DNA of 35,091 nt from a virus (lineage: Duplodnaviria; Caudoviricetes): positions 1 through 35,091 of IMG/VR virus record IMGVR_UViG_3300049070_000074, one strand, 5' to 3'. The notes beneath the pieces are model-generated. The model ran no database searches and had not been told where the DNA came from. It saw nothing but the letters and a program-made list of their open reading frames with translations. Positions 7,473 to 15,463 of the stretch are shown here, piece after piece. How positions within the stretch are numbered: the stretch's first letter is position 1; each line of letters begins with the position of its first letter. Made by a program: the position numbers and the translations under genes.

Positions 7473-7720
7473 GCCACGTCCTCCTTCCACGAACCGTGCA
7501 GCCGGATCATCCCCGGCCGGTACAGCGTCATCCTGATCGGCACCCCGCAAGCGGCGCAGATGTAGCAGGGGCCGACGTCGCGCTCGATGACCTCGCCGCT
7601 GTTGACGTGCGCGCCGGCGCAGACATCGTAGGCCAGGCTGGTGGCGATGTTCAGCGGGGTCAGCGTCATGGCGGCGACGCGGCGCGCCTTGCCGTGGCTG
7701 TCGATGCGGAGGCCGGTCAT
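7469..7720 (-). CDS. Hypothetical zinc-binding protein
   Basis: C...H...CAACG; coupled at both ends. Confidence 0.6.
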   Translation of the reverse strand: MTGLRIDSHGKARRVAAMTLTPLNIATSLAYDVCAGAHVNSGEVIERDVGPCYICAACGVPIRMTLYRPGMIRLHGSWKEDVA

Positions 7721-8319
7721 GGAACGTCAGTCCCGATAGGTTCTCGGACTAGAGGTTGGGAGTCCGCGGAGTCGCTGATCTTCTTCCCACGCTTGTCGGT
7801 TGACGGACTTCCATCCTTCGCAGCCCTCCGCCTCGTCGTAGCAGGGCCTGACGACCCGCCCGTGTCGTCGGAGCCAAGCAACAGTGACCCCCGACCGCTT
7901 GGCGTATTGCCGTTCAAAGTCGTCTGCAGTAATGCGAGGCCATCGCGCTTTGGCTTCCACTTGAAGTCTCCTGCGTCCCATGCATCGTAGTGCGAGAACG
8001 GCAGGAAGTAATAGGTGCCGTCCTTCGTACGAGCCACGAGTTCTGTCTGATAGCGGTGCTTCTCGCTGAAGTACTGGGGATCTTCGCGCTGAATGATGAG
8101 GATGGTGACTTCCTGCCCGTGAAGCTCCGTCCAGTCGTAGTGACGGATGCGCTCATGCTCCTCGAACTCGTGGTCCCTGAGTGCTAACCAACCATCGTCT
8201 GTCTGTGGATACCGGACGTCGCAGGACCGGCAGGCGTGATAGATCCCATCATCCGTGAACCAGAACGATTGACCACCGGGGCCTTCCAGGTCGTCAATCG
8301 TGTGCGGCAAAGTTTTCAT
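7717..8319 (-). CDS. Hypothetical protein (CxxC...H..H N-terminus, low-complexity C-terminus)
   Basis: ATG 8319 at an ATGA overlap. Confidence 0.55.
   Translation of the reverse strand: MKTLPHTIDDLEGPGGQSFWFTDDGIYHACRSCDVRYPQTDDGWLALRDHEFEEHERIRHYDWTELHGQEVTILIIQREDPQYFSEKHRYQTELVARTKDGTYYFLPFSHYDAWDAGDFKWKPKRDGLALLQTTLNGNTPSGRGSLLLGSDDTGGSSGPATTRRRAAKDGSPSTDKRGKKISDSADSQPLVREPIGTDVP
7727..7981 (-). CDS. Small phage protein nested in another frame of 7717-8319
   Basis: FERQYAKRSGVTVAWL...PC...CEGW reads as a globular phage protein; start uncertain. Confidence 0.55.
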   Translation of the reverse strand: MGRRRLQVEAKARWPRITADDFERQYAKRSGVTVAWLRRHGRVVRPCYDEAEGCEGWKSVNRQAWEEDQRLRGLPTSSPRTYRD

Positions 8320-8903
8320 GCGGCGTTCCTCCGGCACTGCATGCAGTCCTCCTGGTGCAAGCCCTCGAGGGCGTGATGCTCATGCTCTGGCGCCAGCCAG
8401 TCGTGCCGCCCGCTGTCGCTGTGGACCTTCTCGCTGGCGCGCGCCTGCAGCTCGTCGATCTTCTGCTCGATGCGGTGCAGGGCGCGGTGCAGGGTCGGCT
8501 CCGTCCTGACGGGGTCCACCCACAGGTCGAAGCAGGCGCGGGTGTACGCCACGTCGAAACGGCAGACCGCGCTTACCAGCGCGTAGCACAGCGAGCCGCG
8601 CCACTCCGGTCGATGCCAGTGGTCGCTATGCCGACGGCGGCACTCTTGGCGCAGCGCTTTCAGCCCGGCCGACCAGTAGAAGGTGCCGAACGACTCATCG
8701 AGGAACCGCTCAAAGGGGTGGCTGAAGGGCACGCCGATGCCGAACTCCCCGTCGCGCTGGTGCAGGCGGGCGATGGACACCTCAGCGTGGGCCAGGAGGC
8801 GATGCAGCGCGATCCGCGGGGCCAGGGGCAGCTGCGGTGCTGACGCTTCGGCATCCAACTGCTCGGGCGACTTGTCTACGCGGGTCATCGGCTGGCGTCG
8901 CAT
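8316..8903 (-). CDS. Hypothetical protein, candidate late-transcription regulator
   Basis: Lies after the resolvase and before the late promoter (Q-like synteny); Cys/His motifs. Function inferred from position only. Confidence 0.45.
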   Translation of the reverse strand: MRRQPMTRVDKSPEQLDAEASAPQLPLAPRIALHRLLAHAEVSIARLHQRDGEFGIGVPFSHPFERFLDESFGTFYWSAGLKALRQECRRRHSDHWHRPEWRGSLCYALVSAVCRFDVAYTRACFDLWVDPVRTEPTLHRALHRIEQKIDELQARASEKVHSDSGRHDWLAPEHEHHALEGLHQEDCMQCRRNAA

Positions 8904-9382
8904 CAGGCGGCCTCCTTCTGGCCGACGTGGAGGGCGATGAAGTCCTCAATGTCCATGACCACATAGGCCCGCCGGCGGTGGCCGGCGCCTGGGGTATCGG
9001 TGACGACCAGCAGGGCGGTCTGCTGACCCTGGACGGTCAACCGCTTCAGCTCGGTCCAGTACCGCTCGGTGAAGTAGCCGCCGCTCTTGACCTGCACAAC
9101 CCACGGGTCGTCGGCCGCGCCGCCATCCTCAGCTGCCCCATACATGCCGACGCGCTTGATGCCGAGCAGGTTGCAGACCCAGCGCTCGATGGCGTTGCCC
9201 CTCGAGCGGTTGTTGCGGCCTCGGCGGGTTGATTCAGTGGACACGAAGGACGAACAGCGAGGACAGAGGTAGCCCTGCACGTCACCCGTCGTGGAATCGA
9301 ACACCGGGGTCCGAAGGGACTTGTCGGCGAGGTGGCGGCACTTACGAGGCGTGTGGCCGGGATGGAATAGCTCAGGGGTCAT
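8903..9382 (-). CDS. Holliday junction resolvase-like PD-(D/E)XK nuclease with an N-terminal zinc finger
   Basis: RGNAIERWV...EDG...VQVKS...LLVV...YVVMDIEDF; CRH...CPRC. Confidence 0.75.
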   Translation of the reverse strand: MTPELFHPGHTPRKCRHLADKSLRTPVFDSTTGDVQGYLCPRCSSFVSTESTRRGRNNRSRGNAIERWVCNLLGIKRVGMYGAAEDGGAADDPWVVQVKSGGYFTERYWTELKRLTVQGQQTALLVVTDTPGAGHRRRAYVVMDIEDFIALHVGQKEAA

Positions 9383-9801
9383 GCTGCCCTCCCAGCCTCG
9401 CAAACGGCGCAGTTCGGATGGCGTCCGTCATGCAGTGCGTTAGCACCTTTCTCTTCTCTTCTCTTCTCTTCTCTTTTAGGCAATGCGTCCGGCACTGCGT
9501 CCCGCAGTGCGTATCGGCTGCGCGCCGCAGTGCGCGCCGCAGTGCTGCGCCTATTGCGTTCGGCATCCAATCCGCGGATCCGGTAGCAGTCCGCCTCGTC
9601 GACGATCAGCAGCCCGTTCTCCTGCAGCGCCCGCAGGGCGGCGCCGTTCACGCGGGGCAGCGGCGGCCGGTCCGGCCAGAACTTGTCGGCCAGGACCAGC
9701 AGGCGGACGAACAGCGCCAGCTGCGCGTCGCTGCGCCACAGCGTCGGGTACTCGTTCATCAGCCGGTGGTACACCCGCGAGTAGACGTGGCTGTCGGTCA
9801 C
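9379..9801 (-). CDS. Replication initiator-like protein
   Basis: Helical N-terminal domain (LALFVRLLVLAD), Arg/Ala linker carrying DNA repeats, EEKRREEK segment; GTG at 9801. Confidence 0.65.
   Translation of the reverse strand: MTDSHVYSRVYHRLMNEYPTLWRSDAQLALFVRLLVLADKFWPDRPPLPRVNGAALRALQENGLLIVDEADCYRIRGLDAERNRRSTAARTAARSRYALRDAVPDALPKREEKRREEKGANALHDGRHPNCAVCEAGRAA
9432..9546. repeat. Putative replication origin: GCA(G/C/A)TGCG iterons plus a (CTCTT)5 tract
   Basis: Copies at 9432, 9480, 9492, 9504, 9527, 9539; CTCTT x5 at 9451-9475. Confidence 0.6.
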
Positions 9802-9953
9802 TTCTTGTCCGCCTGTTCCTTGTGACACCTGTCGCAGATGGCCACGGTGATGCCGGCCGGTGTGACATGGGGATGGCGCACCTCGTCACCAGGCAGCCAC
9901 CGGGCACAGCGGTAGCAGCGCCAGTCGTCCCACTGAGGCGTGCGCTTTGTCAT
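9798..9953 (-). CDS. 51-aa zinc-finger protein
   Basis: MTKRTPQWDDWRCYRC...ICDRCHKEQADKK; below the track cutoff; GTGA-coupled to the initiator. Confidence 0.6.
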   Translation of the reverse strand: MTKRTPQWDDWRCYRCARWLPGDEVRHPHVTPAGITVAICDRCHKEQADKK

Positions 9954-9957
9954 CGGA

Positions 9958-12183
9958 CTACAGCCGACCAATCGGCGGGAAGTCGGCGGTGATCTTCTTC
10001 ATGTCGCCCTTGTAAGCGACGATGATCTTCTGCTCCCGCTTGGGGAACTTCCGCATGTCCAGCGTTTTCTTGGCCTGCGCCAGCCTGGTGAACTCAGCCT
10101 CGAGGTAGACGATCTTGTTGTAGACGCTCAGGCCGTGGTCCTTCATCCATATCTCGGTCTCGGCCTCGTGACAGTGATAGGCACCCTTGGTGTCGCGGCT
10201 GTCGCCGGTCATCACCACGAAGAAGCGGTTGTTGGCCAGCCGTGACAAGGCCACCTCGTAGCCAGCGAACAGGGTGTCGCGGAACTTCTCGTATGTGGAC
10301 AGCGCGTTGATCTCGCCATCGGGAATCTCGCCGTCGTAGTCGACGTACCGCTCGACGCGGTAGTACGGCGGACAGGTGAAGATTAGGTCGAACTCCTCGC
10401 CAGGGTCGTAGGTGGAGCTGTCAGCCTTTACCCACTTGACGTTCTCGAACTCGGAGCACAGCGCGTTGTTGGCGTCCACCTGGTTCTGTCGGATCTCGCT
10501 GGCCAGATAGCCGTAGCCGCTGGCGCCGGTCACGTAGCCGAACTGGACACCGCCACCGAATGGGTTGTAAACCTTGCCGCCGTCGGGAGTGAAGAACCGC
10601 AGGATGACCTCGCAGGCCACCGGGTCGAGGACCGAGGCGTTGCCGTTGTGCGACCGCCCTGTCACCACGTTGGCGAATCCCTGCTCACCCTGCCAGCATC
10701 CCTCACGGCTGGCGAAGGATGGGTTGGGGATTCCCTCGCGGACGCCGGCTTCCTCGATGCGGTCCTTCCATTCGCCCTTGAGGCGTAGCCAGTCTCCCTT
10801 GGTGCTGTTCCACACGTTGGTCATCGAGATGTGCGCCAGCGTCTTGCGCCGATGCACCGCCGGGTCGCCAGCCAGCATGTAGTGGAAGCCCGACATCTGT
10901 AGGTACGTCTCGAACCCCAGGCTGTTGAACACCGCCGGTGTCTCGAACTTGCTCTTTGGGTTGGTGGTCATTAGCGCCGGATAGCCCGCGGTGTTGGCTG
11001 CCAGCACCTGCTCGGCCATCGCCCGGTACAGCTCAGGCGTGTAGTGCTCCGGCTCGATGACCGACTGCAGCAAGCAGAACTCCCCGACCTTTTCGTTGAC
11101 TTGGAAGGTAAAGAACCCGGCGAACTTGCCACCAACCAGCAAAATGATCGCCGAGTGGATCTGCATGTTCTTGCGGGCCGCCCGGTGGGCGATGCCGTCC
11201 TCGAGCGCCAGCTTGGCAACGTCGGCCTCGAACCCCGAGCCGATGACCGACTCGACGTAGCGGAACTCATAGTCGCCGTCACCGTCGATTAGTGAAGGCG
11301 ATGGGTCGTCGGCTTCCTCGAAGCCGGGCAGGTACACCTGGTCGATCATCTGTAGCTCCTTCTTGGGTGGCTGTAGTGCTCCGCACTGATCGGGGCATGC
11401 GGCACACGAACCTAGATACACGTCCGGCTTGTGTAGTGAAACAAACGTTCCGCCCACACTGTCCGGCCGATTGGTGGCCCGAATATCCCCGTTGAGTAGG
11501 TGGGGATTGTTCGGGGAAACACGTAGCGGATTATCGATAACTGGCGGTAGGGTCAGCAGGTAATCCTGCTTGGCCTTGGCCGCCCTCCCCCATTCCGTAT
11601 CACCGTAGTCCGCGGTCACTACGCGGTTGACGCTGCGGATCCCAAAGTCACGCAAGCGTTCGTATTGACGCACCCGATGGCGCAGTTCCGCGTCGGTGTC
11701 AAAGCCGCTGGTCGAGGTGTTGACCACCACATCCAAGTCCAATAGTTGGCTGATGTGGTCATCGGTCAGCGGTATCCAATGCTTGGTAATGATGACGGCG
11801 GTCATCTCGGCGCGGCGTAGGGCGCGGATAACCTTGACCGTCTGGTTCCAGTCGTGGCACGGATCGCCCATCACCCCGATGCGATACCAAGTAGCCGGGA
11901 AGGCGCGCAGTTGTTTGACGATGGTGTCCCGGTGCTCACGCCAGTCGGTGAAACCGCGGGTAACGCTCTGAGCGAAGTCGTAGCCGTAGCGTGAGGCAAC
12001 GCGCTGGGCGTAGCAGTCGTCATAGCAGCCGTGCTCCTTGCGCGCCCGCATGCCCATCGTGCAGCCCTTGACGGTGTCCACGTCGATAACGCCCTTGAGG
12101 TTTACGGTGGCGGTGATGGCGTCGTGGTATCGGATGGGTGTTCGCTCGATGTTGAACAGCCTTTGCTGCCCGTGCTTGCTCAC
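9958..12183 (-). CDS. Fusion: radical SAM-like domain, GNAT-like domain and amino-(N4/N6) DNA methyltransferase
   Basis: GCx11Cx3CYA, RIGVMGDP, IITK (radical SAM-like); LLVGGKFAGFF..FCLLQSVIEPE..FNSLGF (GNAT-like); NPFGGG and FTCPPY (MTase). Start GTG 12183 at a GTGA overlap. Confidence 0.75.
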   Translation of the reverse strand: MSKHGQQRLFNIERTPIRYHDAITATVNLKGVIDVDTVKGCTMGMRARKEHGCYDDCYAQRVASRYGYDFAQSVTRGFTDWREHRDTIVKQLRAFPATWYRIGVMGDPCHDWNQTVKVIRALRRAEMTAVIITKHWIPLTDDHISQLLDLDVVVNTSTSGFDTDAELRHRVRQYERLRDFGIRSVNRVVTADYGDTEWGRAAKAKQDYLLTLPPVIDNPLRVSPNNPHLLNGDIRATNRPDSVGGTFVSLHKPDVYLGSCAACPDQCGALQPPKKELQMIDQVYLPGFEEADDPSPSLIDGDGDYEFRYVESVIGSGFEADVAKLALEDGIAHRAARKNMQIHSAIILLVGGKFAGFFTFQVNEKVGEFCLLQSVIEPEHYTPELYRAMAEQVLAANTAGYPALMTTNPKSKFETPAVFNSLGFETYLQMSGFHYMLAGDPAVHRRKTLAHISMTNVWNSTKGDWLRLKGEWKDRIEEAGVREGIPNPSFASREGCWQGEQGFANVVTGRSHNGNASVLDPVACEVILRFFTPDGGKVYNPFGGGVQFGYVTGASGYGYLASEIRQNQVDANNALCSEFENVKWVKADSSTYDPGEEFDLIFTCPPYYRVERYVDYDGEIPDGEINALSTYEKFRDTLFAGYEVALSRLANNRFFVVMTGDSRDTKGAYHCHEAETEIWMKDHGLSVYNKIVYLEAEFTRLAQAKKTLDMRKFPKREQKIIVAYKGDMKKITADFPPIGRL

Positions 12184-12389
12184 GCTGCGTTCCTCCGGAT
12201 CCACTCCTCGAAGCGATTCGCCGACTCCACCGATACGCCGGAGCGCAGCAGCCGCGCCCGCCGCTCCTGCGCGTCGTGGGCGTGGCGCCAGGAACGGGTG
12301 TACGCGCGAACCTCGCACTCGCAGGGCCACTGCCGCGGCGTCAGCCGGTGGGCGAGGTCGTGCAGGAGGTTGCTGACTAGCAGTCTCAT
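12180..12389 (-). CDS. Hypothetical protein
   Basis: MRLLVSNLL... from the ATGA overlap at 12389. Confidence 0.55.
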   Translation of the reverse strand: MRLLVSNLLHDLAHRLTPRQWPCECEVRAYTRSWRHAHDAQERRARLLRSGVSVESANRFEEWIRRNAA

Positions 12390-12658
12390 CGCAGGACCGT
12401 CCACGCCAGCGCGTTGACCGTCGCTCCCGCCAGGCCCGCCAGCACCGCCAGCGACAGCCGCAGGTTGGAGCGTCCGGCGACGAGGATGAGCAGGAAGGCG
12501 CCCGCGGCCTTCAGCGCCAGCACGCCGGCCGGTCCGGCGGCGCCCCACAGCGACCGCGCCAGCGGGTTCAGCTCGCCGCCGATGCCGAACTGCGAGGCCA
12601 CGATGAGCAGCGTCAGCGCGTCCAGCGCGTGGGCGGAGAGGATGAGGCGGGCGTTCAC
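12386..12658 (-). CDS. DUF5658-like membrane protein
   Basis: LDALT...ELNPL...LK pattern; about 3 TM segments. Confidence 0.65.
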   Translation of the reverse strand: MNARLILSAHALDALTLLIVASQFGIGGELNPLARSLWGAAGPAGVLALKAAGAFLLILVAGRSNLRLSLAVLAGLAGATVNALAWTVLR

Positions 12659-13218
12659 TTCTGCCCCTCTGTCGCGAGGCGGGCGATGATGTAGTCGGCG
12701 TCACTCAACCAGTCGGCGAACCGTGCACCGCCGAAGTTGCGGCCATAGGTTGCGTTCAGAGCAGCCGCTAATCGTTCACGGTCGTCCAGCAGCGCGGGCT
12801 GCGGGTCGGTAAGAAACGCGGGCTTGATGCGCTCGTACTCGCTGCGCTTGAAGGCAGCGTATTCCTCGTCAGAAAAGCGGCGATGAATGTTTGGGACACC
12901 CTCTTGCAGCATCGCCACTTGTTCCGCTACTACGTCCACTTCCTCTTGACGCGGCGCGGGCTGCGGGTCGGCTGCGAGGGCAAGCGTCAATCCGTGACGC
13001 TGCAAGCGATCCATGAACATAGACCACGGCTCGTCGCCTTCCTCGATGTCGAACGGCTCATGCGCCGTGACGGGATGCGGGTCGCCGTCCTCGCACCGCT
13101 CGTGCTCGGCTTCGGTCCATGCTCGCTCAAGCGGTTCCATATCACGTAGATAGCGCGGCAGCAGCGCCAGCGCGTCGGTGACTGGCGCGCCGTCAGGGGT
13201 GCCAGGCTTGTCAGTCAT
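12655..13218 (-). CDS. Hypothetical mosaic phage protein
   Basis: Coupled ORF with two DPQPA linkers. Confidence 0.6.
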   Translation of the reverse strand: MTDKPGTPDGAPVTDALALLPRYLRDMEPLERAWTEAEHERCEDGDPHPVTAHEPFDIEEGDEPWSMFMDRLQRHGLTLALAADPQPAPRQEEVDVVAEQVAMLQEGVPNIHRRFSDEEYAAFKRSEYERIKPAFLTDPQPALLDDRERLAAALNATYGRNFGGARFADWLSDADYIIARLATEGQK

Positions 13219-13568
13219 GCTGCCTCTCGCTTTCTACGCTGATACTCCCGGTCGCGCTCCAACCTATTGGCCTTGGCCCGCGCCGCACGCAGCTCGGCTC
13301 GCTCGTCAGGCTCCACGCAGTCCTTCTGAATCCAGTCGAGGAAGGTGACGGCGCTGCTGATGAGCTGCGCCTCCTCGGCGATCTCCTCGTACTCCGCCGC
13401 CGCGACCAGCAGCAGGTCGAACTCGTCGCGCGTCAGCCACAGCTGCGTCGTCCAGGCATCCCCCGGCCGCGGCTCGCCGAACTCGGTGCGGGCGTCGCAG
13501 GACGCGCAGCGCGGCGCGCGGCGCTTGCACTCGGAGCACTGGTTGGTCCGGCCGCTCTTGGTGCTCAT
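13215..13568 (-). CDS. Hypothetical zinc-finger protein
   Basis: MSTKSG..CSEC..CASC; ATGA overlap. Confidence 0.6.
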   Translation of the reverse strand: MSTKSGRTNQCSECKRRAPRCASCDARTEFGEPRPGDAWTTQLWLTRDEFDLLLVAAAEYEEIAEEAQLISSAVTFLDWIQKDCVEPDERAELRAARAKANRLERDREYQRRKREAA

Positions 13569-13807
13569 GCCGCCTCCCGCGTATAGACGGGCACAGGTAC
13601 GCAACCCTTCCGCCCGCGGCGATGCTGGCCGTCGCAGTCCAGCGCGTGCAGCGAGCCGATGGCGTTCTCCCACCGCTTAGCGCGGCGGCGGCGCATGTAG
13701 TCGCGCATGTAGGCGTTGTGGCCTTCGCGGGCCACACGGTCGGCATCGTGTTCCCACGGGTCGGGTGTCATCCAGTCTGGTCGGTCCATGTGCTCGGAAC
13801 TCCCCAC
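13565..13807 (-). CDS. Hypothetical basic protein
   Basis: HNAYMRDYMRRRR; start could be 13789. Confidence 0.55.
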   Translation of the reverse strand: MGSSEHMDRPDWMTPDPWEHDADRVAREGHNAYMRDYMRRRRAKRWENAIGSLHALDCDGQHRRGRKGCVPVPVYTREAA

Positions 13808-13808
13808 T

Positions 13809-14108
13809 TCAGGCTGCGGTGAACATCTCCGTTTGCTCGTAGTCGTCGGCCCGCAGGCGGCGGGCGGTACTGCGGACGGCCCACGCCGTTCGCATCTGGC
13901 TGGTCACGCGGCGCCGCAGGGCGTCGAAGGTCGCCAGCAGCTCGGCCGGGTCATCGGTCAACCACACGCCGTCCTCGCTGGAGGCGATGGGTTCACCGGC
14001 CAGCCGGCGCTCCTGCACTTCCGCCTGGACGGCGCGCGGCGTGGTGCCGTAGTCGTCGGCGAGGTCGGCGTAGGTTCTCGCGTTGTCGCGGCCGCGGGGC
14101 AGGTTCAC
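13809..14108 (-). CDS. Winged-helix/HTH DNA-binding protein
   Basis: TYADLADDYGTTPRAVQAEVQERRLAGEPIASS..GVW. Confidence 0.65.
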   Translation of the reverse strand: MNLPRGRDNARTYADLADDYGTTPRAVQAEVQERRLAGEPIASSEDGVWLTDDPAELLATFDALRRRVTSQMRTAWAVRSTARRLRADDYEQTEMFTAA

Positions 14109-14677
14109 GCGGCCACCTCCAGCTCGCCGAGGACGCCCCACTGTTCGGCGATGGCGTCGGCCAGTCCCTGGTAGGTCCGGCTGCGGTTCTTCCAGCGGTC
14201 AGGCGAGGGCGGTTCCTTCCAGACGCGCCCCTCGCGGCCGGCGACGACGTTGGTCGGCGCCAGCGGCGGCAGGTTCTTCAGCCACCAGCAAGTGGCCTTC
14301 GTCTCGGGGTGGCCGAACATCCAGGGCTGGACAATCTGGTCCGGCTTGCGGATGCGGGAGCTGATGACGCTGACCGGGTTCTCCAGCGCGATCCGCGGAA
14401 TGGGTGCGTCCAGCAACTCGCGGACGAACTGCAGGGCGTACCACTGTTCCATCTGCTTGTCCTTGAACCAGCGAGCGCCGGACACGGCGAGGTGGGTGCA
14501 AGGCGGGTGGGCGATCATCAGATCCCAGCCGGCGTTGAGCACGTCCAGCACGTCGCCCTGATGGTGGGGGCCGGGCCGCTCGGTTGGCAGCAGGTCGACA
14601 CTGATCGCGTCATGGCCGCGAGCGATGAACGCATCGCGCACGATGCCGCTGAACTCGCAGGCTACCAGGACCTTCAC
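14105..14677 (-). CDS. Short phage DNA cytosine-C5 methyltransferase-like protein
   Basis: VLVACEFSG, SVDL, GDV, AHPPCT (catalytic PC), LENP. Confidence 0.85.
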   Translation of the reverse strand: MKVLVACEFSGIVRDAFIARGHDAISVDLLPTERPGPHHQGDVLDVLNAGWDLMIAHPPCTHLAVSGARWFKDKQMEQWYALQFVRELLDAPIPRIALENPVSVISSRIRKPDQIVQPWMFGHPETKATCWWLKNLPPLAPTNVVAGREGRVWKEPPSPDRWKNRSRTYQGLADAIAEQWGVLGELEVAA

Positions 14678-14865
14678 GCCGCCTCCGCTGCCACAGCGGC
14701 CGTCTGAGCGGCCCACACGGCGTCCTGCGCGGCGTTCAGCGCCACCGACTCCGCGATGGCGTCGCGCACCTTGGCGAAGCTGCCAGGCTGGACGTCCTTG
14801 GCGGTGCCGGTGAGGACGGCGAGGCGCCACTGGCCGGCGACGAGGAGGACGCAGTAGCGGGTCAC
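14674..14865 (-). CDS. Hypothetical protein
   Basis: GTGA coupling on both sides. Confidence 0.55.
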   Translation of the reverse strand: MTRYCVLLVAGQWRLAVLTGTAKDVQPGSFAKVRDAIAESVALNAAQDAVWAAQTAAVAAEAA

Positions 14866-15068
14866 GCCTTACGCCTTCGCTTGCGTCCTTCGCGCCCGTC
14901 CATTACCTGCGACCACCGCTTACCGCACTGCTCACAAAACAGGGGCGGGTTGTCGATGGAGAAGTGGTGCAGGCACTTGCCGGTCTTGTTCCAGTGCCTA
15001 ACGTGACGCATTACCCACTCCGGCTCGGCGTCGGTGAACGGCTCGTACCGCCAATGAACTGGCGTCAC
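14862..15068 (-). CDS. Hypothetical zinc-binding protein
   Basis: CLHHF...CEQCG; GTG at 15068. Confidence 0.55.
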   Translation of the reverse strand: MTPVHWRYEPFTDAEPEWVMRHVRHWNKTGKCLHHFSIDNPPLFCEQCGKRWSQVMDGREGRKRRRKA

Positions 15069-15463
15069 GCCGCCACCGCCCGCTCCGCCGGATGGGCCTG
15101 CGCCCATTCCTTGGTCGGCTTCTTGGAGCAGTACGAGCCGTCGTCGTTCTTGCCGTTGCACTTCCAGAAGGCGTTGTAGGGCTTGCCGGCCTTGCTGATG
15201 CCCCCCTCCTTGACCTCCCAGGGGCGGAAGTGGACGGGGCACTCGCTGAGGACGTCGACCGATGCGCGCGTGGGGTATGACGCCGGCTCGTCGAACGGCG
15301 ACGCCTCGTAGGAACTGGCCAGAGCGGGCGAGGGAGAAGCACCCGCCCCGGCACCATCCGGCCTCGCAGGACCGGAAGCGTCCGCTGCGCCGAGCTGATT
15401 GAACAGATCGGCCAGCTTGTAGAACTCGTCGGCGATAGCTTTTTCGATATCAGACTTGCTCAC
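15065..15463 (-). CDS. Protein with an N-terminal helix, a disordered linker and a C-terminal zinc domain; candidate recombination/ssDNA partner
   Basis: CPVH...GISKAGKPYNAFWKC...C; GTG at 15463; follows the exonuclease. Confidence 0.6.
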   Translation of the reverse strand: MSKSDIEKAIADEFYKLADLFNQLGAADASGPARPDGAGAGASPSPALASSYEASPFDEPASYPTRASVDVLSECPVHFRPWEVKEGGISKAGKPYNAFWKCNGKNDDGSYCSKKPTKEWAQAHPAERAVAA

